Below the pieces are notes generated by a model. The model made no database searches, was not told where the DNA came from, and worked only from the letters and a program-made list of their open reading frames with translations. Below are positions 41,300 through 55,076 of a DNA stretch of 64,000 nucleotides, piece after piece; the first letter of the stretch is position 1; the number at the start of each line of letters is the position of its first letter. The position numbers and the translations under genes are program-made. The stretch is from Octopus vulgaris (Eukaryota), in the NCBI GenBank assembly GCA_951406725.2, contig OX597814.1, forward strand, positions 121,458,001 to 121,522,000, written 5' to 3'.

Positions 41300-43100
41300 C
41301 TAATATCCAGTACATGACAAATGGTGGCCACACCCCTAACAAATCTAGTCTCTTTGTATTCAATAACAACCCAATAATCTTCACTAGTTAATTAGTTTTT
41401 ACGATCGATTGATCTCATATGAAATGTCACGAATATATTGTTCTTAATTGGAATACGAAGTCATGAGGGAATTTCTGTCTTTCAACTGAAATAAACAACA
41501 AAATCTACAAATCCCTTTGATAATACCAGGAATTATCTCCGATATCTTTCGGTAGGAAGTATAACTGAGAACAGATATCTTATTAATTGAGGATTTAACG
41601 AAACTCTATTGAAATATTCTAACCATAACGAATATTGTATCGCATTAGATTTGTGGAGTACTTAGTTAACAAGTGTGAATGAAGAAAATCTTCAGGTCAT
41701 GAGTAATGTTAATACATCACTAAACCAAATTTATACAAACCTAATCTGCAAACGCCGTAGCGTTTTAATCTGAAATAATTCTTTATTGTGCACCATATCA
41801 CGTTTTACGAATGGAATGTGAATTTAGTAGAAACTATTGCAATTGGTCAGAATTTTTTTGAATAGTTTCTCATCAAAATTATTATAAATTAGAGTCACAA
41901 TTCAACAAATGAGTTGCAGTACCTCCTTCTGACATCAAATATTAAATTTTATTAAAATGTCTCCGTAGCGGAGGTGACTCCAAAGAAAATCCTTCACAGT
42001 AAAAGTATGAGTGGTTCAAATCTTGACTTAACATAATTGGTTTAGAGATGATATTATTGAAACATTACGAAACGTTCTGCGTATGTAAACATAGGTGGAT
42101 GTTGCCACTGAATTACACGAAGAAATAAATTCAGATACAAATCAAAGTATTCACGAAACTAAACCCAAATGTTTTCCTTGATATCTCGCAATCTTCATTA
42201 GTTAGATCATCATAGTTTCAGGCACCTCATCGTAATTACACAGTGCATTCACCAAAGCTGCAACCATATCTTGTCATTAAGGGCCTACTTAAAACTAAAC
42301 GCGTATCAATTATAAGTCGAGAACTCAGTAGGTCTCCAAATTATAATGACGCAGTTAACCTGATCAAGGATGAATTCCCTTACAAAGCAAATGATGTAAG
42401 CATGTCATAAACTGTACATACCTTAAACACTATGGCTCAAGAACTCTTTAAGCCTCAATGCACGATATTATCCTCCAGATGATTTTTTTTGTCATTCTGA
42501 CCAAAAACAATTTATTTCCAAAATAACATTTGCAGTAAAATATATATCAGAAACAACAAAAATTCAGGCCGATTTCTCACCATAATTATCCGAAATAAAT
42601 GAACCATGAAAGCATTAACTCTAAAACGTTATTATATATTCGATACCAACTGCGCACCCCTATTTAAAAATGGAACAGCATAAATTCAACATATGGCATT
42701 CGCGTCGATTTATGCCTAAAAAATATGTATTGTACAAAGACGATTTATTTTCATGGGAAACAACCAAATTTTATATCGATATAACAAAATATTTTCCGAC
42801 CAAAATCTTTGTTAAAATGTCCACTGTTTCCAAACATAACCACTAACGACATCATTTACCAGCAGACACAAACCAAAAGAAGCACAAAATCTTAGCTACT
42901 CTATTTAACACCTGCAACTCAAATATTTTCTGATGTACACCTAAAGCTATCATCCAACTTCGCAACGCTCGTAGTCTGCATTCCATAGCAAATGTTAGAG
43001 TAATAACAAGCAGCAGAAGTAAAAGAATAACAATGACAACAAAAAAGTAGTACGACTATTAAGATCACCAATCTAAGTATTTAGTTTTGTTTATCCGAAT
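41300..43100 (+). pseudogene. Ancient decayed Penelope-like element (RT plus possible GIY-YIG)
   Basis: EDLTKLY*NI (41589; DxxSLYTNI-like), WFRDDII (42038), FLDI (42174), CIHQSCNH (about 42245; YIH..SNH-like), KFYIDIT (about 42770; YIG-like) in PLE order. Confidence 0.45.
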
Positions 43101-43948
43101 CCACCTTAATTCATAATACAAATGCACGATAAACTACGGTTCTTCCTGCTGTTGGCGTTTCGAAACAACGGTATGTATTGTCTGCCCAAAATATTGAGTG
43201 GTCCTATGCAAGTTATGTTTATGGTATCAAAACTGCTACAATGCGTAGTGAAACAGCTGATGTGAGATGGATTTTTGCTTATCACTTGTTAACGTTTGTC
43301 ATATATACTTATATATTTTGTGCTAATTCCTTACGTTCAAGATTGCCGACGAACCAAGACATCATTTCTGGCACGTTTGTGTTAATTTCATATCATTTTA
43401 TTTGTGTATAGGTGTGTGAATGAAATGCATGTACATAAACACATGTATATCCACGTGCACGTACAAGTGTTATTATGTGTGTGCAAGTACTTGAATATAT
43501 ATACTAAGAGATTTGTTTGTGCATGTGGATAGGCACGGAGAACACAAAAGCGATATATCCAAACAATGTCAGCGCTTAAATTTTTCTACAAAATTTAATA
43601 TTCAATTTGTCACACTTCAAACATTATTAAATTAAAATTCTTTAACGCAAACGTCTTAACAATACAGAACTTGTTACTAAAATACCGAGCGAGCAAAACG
43701 TACACTACTCCACAAAATTACACTTTTCCTGTGCTTTTTTTTTATTAAGAATCTACTTAAATTCAACTAAAAAATTTTAACTGAAAATTGCTTCACTCAA
43801 AAATAGTCTACGGAAAGTTTTAGATGTTTTAAGAATATATTTAAGAAATTAAAAAGAATTTCGTTAGACATTTTCATAACGACGTCGATTTCGGAAAAAA
43901 TGAAATTCCACAAATTTGATTTCGGCGCTTCCTAAGAAGACATAGTCA

Positions 43949-44005
<57 letters not shown>

Positions 44006-44284
44006 AGAACCATAATATTAGAGGAGCAAAAACCGGGATCGAGAGGCACCAAATAGCACAAGCTGATGTTTCAAAATGTATTAGTAATTCATAACCGAAA
44101 TGTACATGTGTGTTTATCACTTCATTCCATTTCACATTTGTATAAATTCAAACACGTACACACATACACCACACATATACATACGCAGACGCACGTATGC
44201 ACAAACACATGTGGGTGTATGAGTGCACACACACATATATATATGTACATATATGTATAAATAAATATATGCTTGTATATATAC

Positions 44285-44317
<33 letters not shown>

Positions 44318-44735
44318 GTGTGTGTGTGCGCGCGCGCTTACCTTTACGTGTATATGTATGTATATATATGCATGAATGTATGTATGTATGTATGTACGTA
44401 TGTATGTATGTATGTATATATGTGTGTGTATGTACATTTGTATGTGAAAAATTGATGTGTGAACAAGTACAGAAAATTTCATGTACGTAAATACTCCGAA
44501 ACAAAGTTAATATATATTTGAAGTATTTCATTCAAGTATACAAACAACAAATGTAAAAATATACAAATACGCACTCATATGCTATATACACACACATTCA
44601 CCATATACACATATTCACGTGGACCACATAAACTGCACACAGACACACACACACACACATATATATACATACAAGCATACCCAAACACACACATGCATAC
44701 ACATTCACCATGTTCACGTATAGAACATAAACTGC

Positions 44736-44805
<70 letters not shown>

Positions 44806-45150
44806 ACACACGCATATATTTATATTCACATGCATCAGTGCATAGTCCAATCTTTGAAAAACTACTATGTTGATTGTAAATATATATTGCGGATATTATT
44901 CCATGCCCAAAAGTTGTATACAAACGTTTACAGTGCAAGAACCAATGTGACCAAGTACACCTGACTGAAATAGTGATTATTTCATAACGTATGGTTTCTA
45001 AACTTTTTCTCTAGATATTTCCAAATACGTATATTTAATAAGTAGAGATTTACTGGCAAGTTTAGAAACAATGTTTTTTGATTGTCGCTCATAAACTTAT
45101 TGTGAAAAGAAGCACTCAGACACAAAGGTCGTATATTAATATTAAGGTGT

Positions 45151-45295
<145 letters not shown>

Positions 45296-46043
45296 TTGAT
45301 ATAAATATATATATGAATACCCTCAGCAATTTTTCCTCGAAATTCAATCAGAATACACTTTTATGTATACGAATGGATGAAGATGCTTTTTTATATGTGT
45401 GCGTTTATGTATCCATGTATTTATTTACTAAACATAAATTTCTGCAGATATAGATACATATGTATCTATATGTACAATACATATGTGTACGCATATATAG
45501 GTGTATATCTGTGTATGTGAATGTTAGTGTGTATATAATTGCGGGGGTGTATGTGAATGTTAGTGTGTATATAATTGCGGTGATGTATGCAAAATAAAAT
45601 TTCATTTTATAATTGTAAACATATTTACAGAGCATATACCTTCACGATCATACATTACATCTTCGTATCCTCTATTCTGTATATCATTATATATAAGCAG
45701 GAATAACGACTAAAAGCTAATTTACTTGCATAGGATACATATCTACGAACGCATATAGATGTTCGCAATTTCCACATGCATCATTTTGCCTAAACTGTAG
45801 CATTATTTATTCATGTATTTATTTAGGGTTGTAGTGATTTCGTTAGTTAGTTAGCTAGTTGGTTAGTAAGTGAAATATATATTTATTTACTTAGTTATCT
45901 TTAAAGCTTTCGTCCAATATTTCGTGCTATCCTGTATTATAAGAAAGAATAGTTTCAGAATAATCATGGTAGTTAACACTACCTAATTTCCAGCACGTAA
46001 TATTGTTAATGTTTAACGTGAGCATACACTGTCTACATCAGGC

Positions 46044-46150
<107 letters not shown>

Positions 46151-46153
46151 GGT

Positions 46154-46191
<38 letters not shown>

Positions 46192-46208
46192 ACGTGAGTA
46201 TGTGTGTA

Positions 46209-46261
<53 letters not shown>

Positions 46262-46268
46262 ATGTATA

Positions 46269-46309
<41 letters not shown>

Positions 46310-46557
46310 AAAGGTTAAAATTGAATTAATTAATAATCTATAATTTTACCAAGTAGTTTGTTACGTTCAAATAGCCTTTTTAGGTAAAATTATACAAATA
46401 TTCTATAATTATAAACATAATTAGTATCAGGGGTCAGCTAATTGCTGCGCCACGCACCTAATTTAGAAATACGAATTAAATGCATTTAACTCCCATTTCT
46501 AAACTCCGTACGTGCTGAAGCAATTAGCTGACCCCTGATTATAATTATGTTTATAAT
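46310..46557. repeat. Fold-back repeat: 150-bp palindrome 46408-46557 plus 12-bp stem 46339-46394
   Basis: ATTATAAACATAATTA..ATCAGGGGTCAGCTAATTGCT mirrored by AGCAATTAGCTGACCCCTGAT..TAATTATGTTTATAAT, centred on AAATGCATTT. Confidence 0.9.
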
Positions 46558-46584
46558 CACACTCATTACTCTTTTAGTTTTTTA

Positions 46585-46765
46585 CTCTTTCATTTCTTTC
46601 AGTCATTTGACAGCGGCCATGCTATTGCACCGCATTTAGTCGAACAAATCGACCCCAGAACTTATTCTTTGTAACCATAGTACTTATTCTATCAGTATGA
46701 TTTGCCGAACCGTTAAGCTACGGGTATATAGACGCACCACCATCGGTTGTCAAGCGATGGTGGGA
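46585..46765 (-). mobile_element. SINE family B, 3' half, ending at (TA)n
   Basis: Collinear with 625-810. Confidence 0.85.
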
Positions 46766-47013
46766 TATATATATATATATATATAAATATATATATATAT
46801 TTACACTCACACACATACATATATATATACATGTGTGTGTGAGTGGTGTGTGAAGTATTATTACCGTTAAAACAGTAATAAAGAGGTAGCTAGCAAGACT
46901 TCTACGTATACAGGTATGATATAAATATATGAAGAAAAGAAGGCTAAAGATACCGCTCGCTAAAGATCAAAGTGACAGCTTCAAAATACCACCAACAATT
47001 CTACGATATATAA

Positions 47014-47410
47014 GCAGAGGCGTGGTTGTGTGGTAAAATAATTGCTTCCCAACCACATGGTTCCAGGTTTCAGTCCCACTGCATGGTAACTTGGGCAAGT
47101 GTCTTCTATTCTGGCCTCGGGCCGACCAAAGCCTTGTGAAGGGATTAGGTAGACAGAAAGTAAAAGAAGACCGTCGTATATAAACATATATGTATGTATA
47201 TATTTGTGTGTCTGTGTTTGTCTCTCCACCATCGCTTGACAGCCAATGTTGGTGTGTTTACGTCCCCCGTAATCTAGTGGTTCGCCAAGTGGGAAGATAA
47301 AATAAGTACTTGGCTTACAGAAGATAAATCTTGCAATCGATTGTTTGGACTAAAGGCGGTGCTCCACCATGGCAGCTGTCAAATTACTGAAACAAATAAA
47401 AGAATAAAAG
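47014..47410 (+). mobile_element. SINE family B, full length
   Basis: Head GCAGAGGCGTGGTTGTGTGGTAA (A-box), GGTTTCAGTCCC (B-box), CTTGGGCAAGTGTCTT, tail ...GAAACAAATAAAAGAATAAAAGAAT. Confidence 0.9.
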
Positions 47411-47428
47411 AATATATATCTGTATATA

Positions 47429-47501
<73 letters not shown>

Positions 47502-47601
47502 ACATATATACATATATACATATATACATACATACATATATATATATATAAATATATATATGTATATGTATACATATATACATATATACATATATACATA
47601 C

Positions 47602-47649
<48 letters not shown>

Positions 47650-47683
47650 ACATATATACATATATACATATATACATACATAC

Positions 47684-47739
<56 letters not shown>

Positions 47740-47936
47740 GATCATGGAGTGCACGTTTAGAGTTTCCCTTTTTACGATTTTTGTTTTTGAAAGAAACTTT
47801 TGGAAATATATTACTTTGAAAATATTGGAAGAAGAAATTGTGGCAGACAATGTATTAGAGAATGTTTTCACCTTTCACGTATATATGTATGTTTGCGCGT
47901 GCTTGTGCGTGAGAGTATGTGTGTTTGTGTATGTGT

Positions 47937-47980
<44 letters not shown>

Positions 47981-50900
47981 TTCTATGTGTCATTATGATT
48001 GGGTCTGTCTGTACGCGCGTGTGCGTTCGTACTGGTGGCTTGAAACGTTTGTTTGCTGACGTTTTTATATATTCCTGTTTCGCTTTATAAACTGGAATAA
48101 CCTTAAAACTAAATTTTAAAGGTTACATATTTAATCAAATATATGATTTATAATATATAAGATATTAACAAGGATTGCTTTAAATAGAATTCGAAGCCAC
48201 GTCGTACAGTGCAACATCGAGTTTAGGCTTCATTCCCGATTTAGGATCTTTAAATGTATGCCTATATTACTTGTAGTACTTGTGAATATCTTATATATAG
48301 ATTATAGATTTGTTTCCTTCCCAGTTTACATGTCACGCACACACACCACAACCACACAAACATACACACACATACACAAATACTCATGCATTTAGTGAAA
48401 GTTTGGTTCACTTCCACATGACCTCAAAGTTCTCAGGCGTGTAAGACACCCTCATCTCATCAGATATCTGATGTGACCGTATTCTACGCGCATAGGAAAT
48501 TTTAAGTTATGTGGCGCTCAGTTCAACTCTTATTAGGTATATATAACACTAAGCTATCAAGTTGAGTGTTATTTTCGCTTGTTAACATACATATATGTGT
48601 GTGTGTGCGTGTGTTGTGCGTATGCGTGTGTGTGTGTCTGTGTCTGTGTATGTCTGAGTGTATTTGTCTGCGTGCATGTCTATGCCTTTGTGTGTATATT
48701 TATGTGTGCATATATTCATATATATATACGCATGTGTGTGTCTGTGTACAATTTCTTATATATGTATCCATCATTGCGTTATCAAAGTTATTGCTATTTC
48801 GTGTCATATATGTATTATATCACATTATACTCTATATTACTCTGTATAATCAGATATTTACATAATGGATTATACCATGTCTATTATATACCAGAATTAT
48901 ATCACAGCTGAAGAATAGAATACAGATGCAAAACATAGAAATTGTAAACATAGTCACTATTTCTGGCAATCGCCGATTTCATAGAATTTAAAATGTTAGT
49001 GTATTTGTTCGAGTTTTCTGTTACTGTTACTTTTTGTTTGTGGTCTATTCGAGTTTCATTTGAATTTGGTTCACTTTTGAAAAGTTATTGTCATATGTAC
49101 ACTAATTGCAACAGTTTAATCGTCTATTTTGACAAATTATTTGTTCCTACGAATGGTATTTGTTGCGACGATAATATTCGTGGTGTAGGTGTTACTAATA
49201 CATCTAGTAGTTGTAACATTGTTCATACTCTCGTTCTTAAGCCTTTTTGTGTAATCCCAAAACAACTTTTACAGAACATAACTATGTTGACCAAAAACAT
49301 TCCAGCAGCAGAGAATTCCATCATTTTTTCTAAATCTAGAGCTATAATTGCCAGTTGGGTCCTTCCATTTTACGTTAGTAGTGTAGAGTGTAATTTGAGG
49401 GAGATTTGGCTACTACATCTAGCGTATCGAAAGACCACACTGAGGCTCCCTTGTAGATTTGCATTTGTTGCTGTTGATGCTGTTGCTGGTGGCGGTGGTA
49501 TTACTTTTGGTAGTAGTTGTTGCTTTGTGGTATCTCTACGGACGACCTTGTTGTTGATTGTGGTAGCATTTGGGGCGGTGAACGCTGTTGTTAGGGTTTT
49601 AAAAATAATCTGTTTCGCAGAAATGAATTTTCCTATATTGGTATTTTTGTTGAAGGAAATGATATCAATTTTATTCATTCTAATCATTTATCATTTCGAC
49701 ATCTGTTGTAAACGTTATTCGTGAGGATAACTTTCTCTGATTTTTTTTTTAATCTTAAAATTAAAGCGTAATAAATTTTGTTGGTGATTTCGTTGTAGAA
49801 GCTATTAAAAGTTGTGGTTGCTGATGTTGTTGATGTTTCGGCAGCGGCAGTATCGGCAGCAGCAGCAAGAAGTACAGAAGCAGTAATGTATTTATCGTCT
49901 GCCTGTCATGAGAGCCCAACACTGCTGCCTACATCTCAACACATGTAAAATCATCACCAAACGGCGTAGAGTGTACGAGTTGTCCTGTAAAATTCCCTCA
50001 CTCAGTTTATTTGTAAACTTCCACTGAAAAAGAACCAGAAAACTTTCTCTCAATAACTTCAATGAAACGATACAGAACAGCTTTAGAATTCACCAACAAC
50101 CACCTGCAATCATGCACCAATTCAAACACACAGGATTATATAGCGAAAATCTTGAACAAAGCACAATCGCAAGTCTTTTTTATTTTATTTTGTACTTGTC
50201 AAGAAATAGTCTATTGTTTATTCTAACATTAATAAGAGAGGATTTTACACTTCACTGTAAACATTTTGGATCAAATTATTTCTCTTTGGAAATGACCCTA
50301 CTTTGTGCATTCGTCTCTATCTTTATGGAAACATCTACATGAGAGACACTATGAAATGTTAAAGAAGTAAAGATATAGAATTATAGTGATTATAGTATGT
50401 AAATAAGTTCAGGTAATACAAATTAAAAAAAAAAATTCTAGTCCATAGTTAAAAGTGTTCGGAATGCGAAATCATTAGTACCATTTATAATTACAAATTG
50501 GATGTGATTAACGTATGTATAATGCAGACTGTCTACTTTGTACAAATTATACGTCTGTAATGGTTACAAAAGACGAGTTTACTCAGCTACTAAGCAGAAT
50601 TCAATCAATATGCGAGAAACATCGATACTATAATTCATATAATGTAAGTGGCAAGGGACTTTCACTTCAATCAGTTGAAAGAAAGATGTAAGACAAATAT
50701 TTCGAGATAAAGCGAAGCGGATAAAATGAGCGAGAGAAACAGACAGACAAAGAGAGAGAAAGAGAACTGCAGTATATTATGATAGAACAAGATCCTATTC
50801 TTTTAAATATCGCAGATCAAACGCCATCGTATTTATTGGTTCAAAATCATTAAGGCGCAGTTTAACTCCAAACAAGTAATATCTTTGGAAAATACAATAA

Positions 50901-51716
50901 ACCTTGTATAATGATGTATTTTATTGGGCAATCAATCAAATCCATTACCTAGACGTTATACATTCACTACTAACTTTATGACAGCAATATTCACTCAAAG
51001 CATTTACAATCATATGCCTCTATTCAATATCCAGTTTATACTACACTATCAATGACACAATAGGTAAAGAAACGGGAATGTTTCATTTTTACGAATACAA
51101 AGAGAAAAACAAGAATGACAAGTCATTAAAATAACATAACTATCTTATATGTTATATATGTCCAGAACACTATTAAATATGTAGTTTATTTGGCAAATAT
51201 TTACCATTATATAACTTACATTTTGATTGTGCACAAACAATGTATTTTAATGGGTAAGTAAACGGTCGCTGGGTCACACATTGATATTACCGATACAATG
51301 AAACTAGATTTTCAAATAAAAATGAAAATCGGACAGGAAAACCACTGTCCGTAAGATGCATTGTTGTACGGTACTAAACGTAAGATTGATAAGCATTCGA
51401 TATGAATATTTATATTATACATATATACATACGTATTTATAAACGTGTATTACGTGAGTCTCCATTATTTTCCCATCACAATGTGATGTTAGTGTTCTTT
51501 TACGTGTTATATAAATTGTCAAATATGGAATCGCTAGATACCAATTCAAACGCGCAGACACACCAACACAGTTTATGTATGTGCATGTGTCAGTCCTATG
51601 TGTGTGTAAACGTGCATATATACATTTATACAGTTGTGCGTGTGTATACTATATATGAGTGCGTGTGTGTCCGTGTATTTGTATATATAATATATATATA
51701 AATATATATATATATA

Positions 51717-52113
51717 TCTTTATATATAAAAGTCAAGTTGTATGTCTGTCTCCTACGATTTAGATTCCTAACTACTCCCACATTTTGCGGTGCAGTGTAA
51801 CGAAAACCGGGTATCTTATAGTCGTGATTCATATCGAGCCCTTCTGGGTATTAGCGCGCGTATACGATGAGTCTACGATTTAAAAAAAAAGTTACCATCA
51901 TTGTTTTCCATTTTAATGCATTTTTTTCGCTATTATATAAGGGATGTAACTCTCTAAAAATGTCTACGATGAGTCAACGATTTAAAAAAAATTACCATTA
52001 TTTGTTTTCCATCTTTAATGCATTTTTTTGCTATTTTTTGGCTATAACTCTCTGAAAATGCGTATATAATTATTTCCCTTACAAACCCGAGCAACGCCGG
52101 GCGATACTGCTAG
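51717..52113 (+). mobile_element. Non-autonomous Helitron, both ends intact
   Basis: A|TC 5' end; 3' hairpin CCCG-AGCAACGC-CGGG then CTAG|T; no TSD; internal duplication 51863-51931 / 51965-52033. Confidence 0.82.
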
Positions 52114-52357
52114 TATATTATATAATATTGCATATTACATATATATATATATGTGTGTGTGTGTTTGTGTATACGTATACATGAGTACACACACACATAT
52201 ATATATATATGAATATAATAGAATATATACATGTATATTATATGAATATAAAAGAAGTGACGTTAGAGAGTAGATGTTTATTCCATTCGTTTACAGCTGT
52301 TTCATAGTCTTGTTAGCTATTTCATAGACATTATATCAACATTCTCACGTACATAAA

Positions 52358-52413
<56 letters not shown>

Positions 52414-52418
<5 letters not shown>

Positions 52419-53063
52419 CCAAATAAGAATATCACTCCGTCGAAGAAACACTCTTCACAAAGAACAAATCCACCACCCACAATACAGACAGATACAGGTC
52501 AGAGAACGCATAGATATTTGTGCTAGGAAACTTAATCCTAATTTCCTAATTTTCCGCTTCTATCAATGTTTACAGAATACCTCAGTACATCAAAGAATGA
52601 ATAATCAAGCAACTTTCATCATTGAATATCATCCACAACTGAACATGAACACAACATAATACAGAACACTACTAATCTTACCCCCAATGCCACTAACACC
52701 TATACATTCCTGATACCATTCATATTACACTATCATATCGACCCTAATTGCATCATGTCCAGAACTACATACATCTCTTACACAATCTTTTTACTCAGGG
52801 ACTTGTATACCCGACACCGTTTGATAATATGTGCGCATTCAAAGCCAGTAAACAGCAATGACGACACCGGTTTGACTTTGAATCTCTTTAACAATTCAAA
52901 ATAATCAATTTAATCCCTGTTAATACTACCTCAGTTCATCTAATTGTATTTATTAATCGCTAATTTTCATAGAAAAGCCTTACTTTTTTCATATTCAATG
53001 TGCATTTTCTTAGTTTCCATATATCTTTTCACGTGTAGTTTCTATCTTTTTGAAACATATTTC

Positions 53064-53064
<1 letters not shown>
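52414..53064 (+). mobile_element. Penelope-like element 3' end (GIY-YIG C-terminal half plus UTR) within (TA)n
   Basis: GQIRISLRRRNTLHKEQIHHPQYRQIQV...DICA...FLIFRFY...FIIEYHPQLN matches the GQT..LxxR..H / FI...P.LN pattern; long TA arrays on both sides. Confidence 0.8.
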
Positions 53065-53154
<90 letters not shown>

Positions 53155-54019
53155 CCGCTTGAAAGTTACCTTACATCTTATGGTTTTTCTCATTAGGAGA
53201 GTTATAAATGTTCAACTGTCTCTTAACAAGCTGATGATATTTCCGATTTTAATTAGTGAACGTCAAGTTTACGAAACATTTTATGGCTTTAACAAAAATA
53301 CTAATAACTTTTACTTGAAAACATCAGTGTGTATACGTTTTTTTCAAAATTCTCATTCTGAACAAGTGTTGTCACACATCTATATTCTTGTCACTCTCAG
53401 ACAATTGAAGTGTACCTTAGTTTCCTTAGGTTGTATTAATATATGATATGCGTTGTGAATTAATGAACACACGTACTTAGTCTCAAGTAGACAGTTATTA
53501 ATATCGACACAGTTGGAGAAGATATGAAATTAATTGTATTTCATTCATTTTTCTTCACCTATTGTGAGTTTTAATAATGACAATATAGTTAAAGATTACT
53601 AGTGTTATGAATAATATGCATATAGTTGAATGTAGGGATGGATAGATGGATGCATGGATGGATGAGTTTATGAACGCGCGCGTGTCGTTGTTCCTACATT
53701 ATATTCTATCAGCTTAATGGGGAAACGTGATTATCCAATACTTTCCCAGAAATTGAATGAGTTGAATTATATCCATAATTCCTTCTCCTTTGAAAATCTT
53801 GCGTGAGCAAGAAATTCTAGGGAATTTCGGACTGAGAGAATGTGACGGTGTGTTCGTAATTCTGATGGGAAAATAAAATAAGACTGTATATAGAATAGCT
53901 CGAATACAAGGACTGCAAGAACTTTTTATATCTTATCGCATGAGGCTTTGAGAGATTTTTAGCAGAATAGCAATCGAAATATTATATATGATAATAACCC
54001 ATATATTGTTAAATTCATT

Positions 54020-54433
54020 TTTCTTTTATTTGTTTCAGTCATTTGAATGCGGCCGCGCTGGAGCACCGCCTTTGGTCGCACATATCGACCACAGGACTTA
54101 TTCTTTGTAAGTCTAGTACTTATACTATTGGTCTGTTTTGCTGAACCACTTAGTTACGGAGACGTAGACAAAGCAACATTGGTTGTCAAGCAACGGTGGG
54201 GTCACAAACACAGACACAAAAACATATACACACACACATACCTACATACACACACACACGTATATATATATACGAGGGGCTTCTTTCAGTTTCCGTCTAA
54301 CATATACACTCACAAGTCTTTTGTCGGCCCGAGACTATAGTAGAATACCCGTGCCCAAGGTGCCACGTAGTGGGACTGAACCTGGAACCATGTGGTTGGT
54401 AAGCAAGTTTCTTACCATACAGCCATGCCTGCG
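54020..54433 (-). mobile_element. SINE family B, full length
   Basis: Reverse complement collinear with 47014-47410. Confidence 0.9.
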
Positions 54434-55076
54434 TCTGGTTACCTGAATTTTGCCATAATCTCTCAAGATCCATCATACAAGTAAGAGCCAAGAATAAAAC
54501 CTATATGGTATTTACTAATAGTGGAACCACATTCCTTTGTTTGCAGTTTGCCACAACTGTTCCTCAGACAGCTGTAACTTTCGCCAACACTCATTGCCTT
54601 GATATTTCAAGCATTAATACATTTTATGTTGTCTCGTAAAAGCATATTTTTGTAGCATTTAAGATCGTCTTGCTCGAGCGTTTTCCTTTATATCTCTGAC
54701 GTATAAGTTGAGGAGATCTGTATTTGATCCCAGTGTTTCCCCCTCTGTCCCTCTCTGTCTCTCGCTCTCTCTCTCTGTACGATTATGTTGGATTTTCTAT
54801 ATATGTACACACACACATTTGTATATATTTATGAACATATTTATAAAAGTATGTTCACGTAAACACGCACACTCATACATACTCACACATACACACATAT
54901 ACACGAGGAGCGGGCAGCTTGTTAATGTCTTCAGGAAGGCACATCACATCATTTCATGTCACTTTAGCTTAATCAGATCTAGAGGGTACATTCTCAGTAT
55001 TTGTGCAGCTGTTTGACTCTCCAGCTATCTTATTTTCAATGATCCACTGTCTCAAAGTTCAGAGGATCTAGAAGTA

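Noticed and set aside
45076-45097. miR-315-like 22-mer (TTTTGATTGTCGCTCATAAACT)
   Set aside because: About four mismatches, no downstream star arm, and the only local fold puts the seed in the loop
45510-45582. 36-bp direct tandem duplication
   Set aside because: Two copies without spacers in low-complexity DNA; ordinary slippage, not CRISPR-like
48993-49724. Longest ORF (243 aa, plus strand) as a protein-coding gene
   Set aside because: No recognisable domain; TTG/GTT-rich composition suppresses stops; kept only as part of a possible UTR-like block
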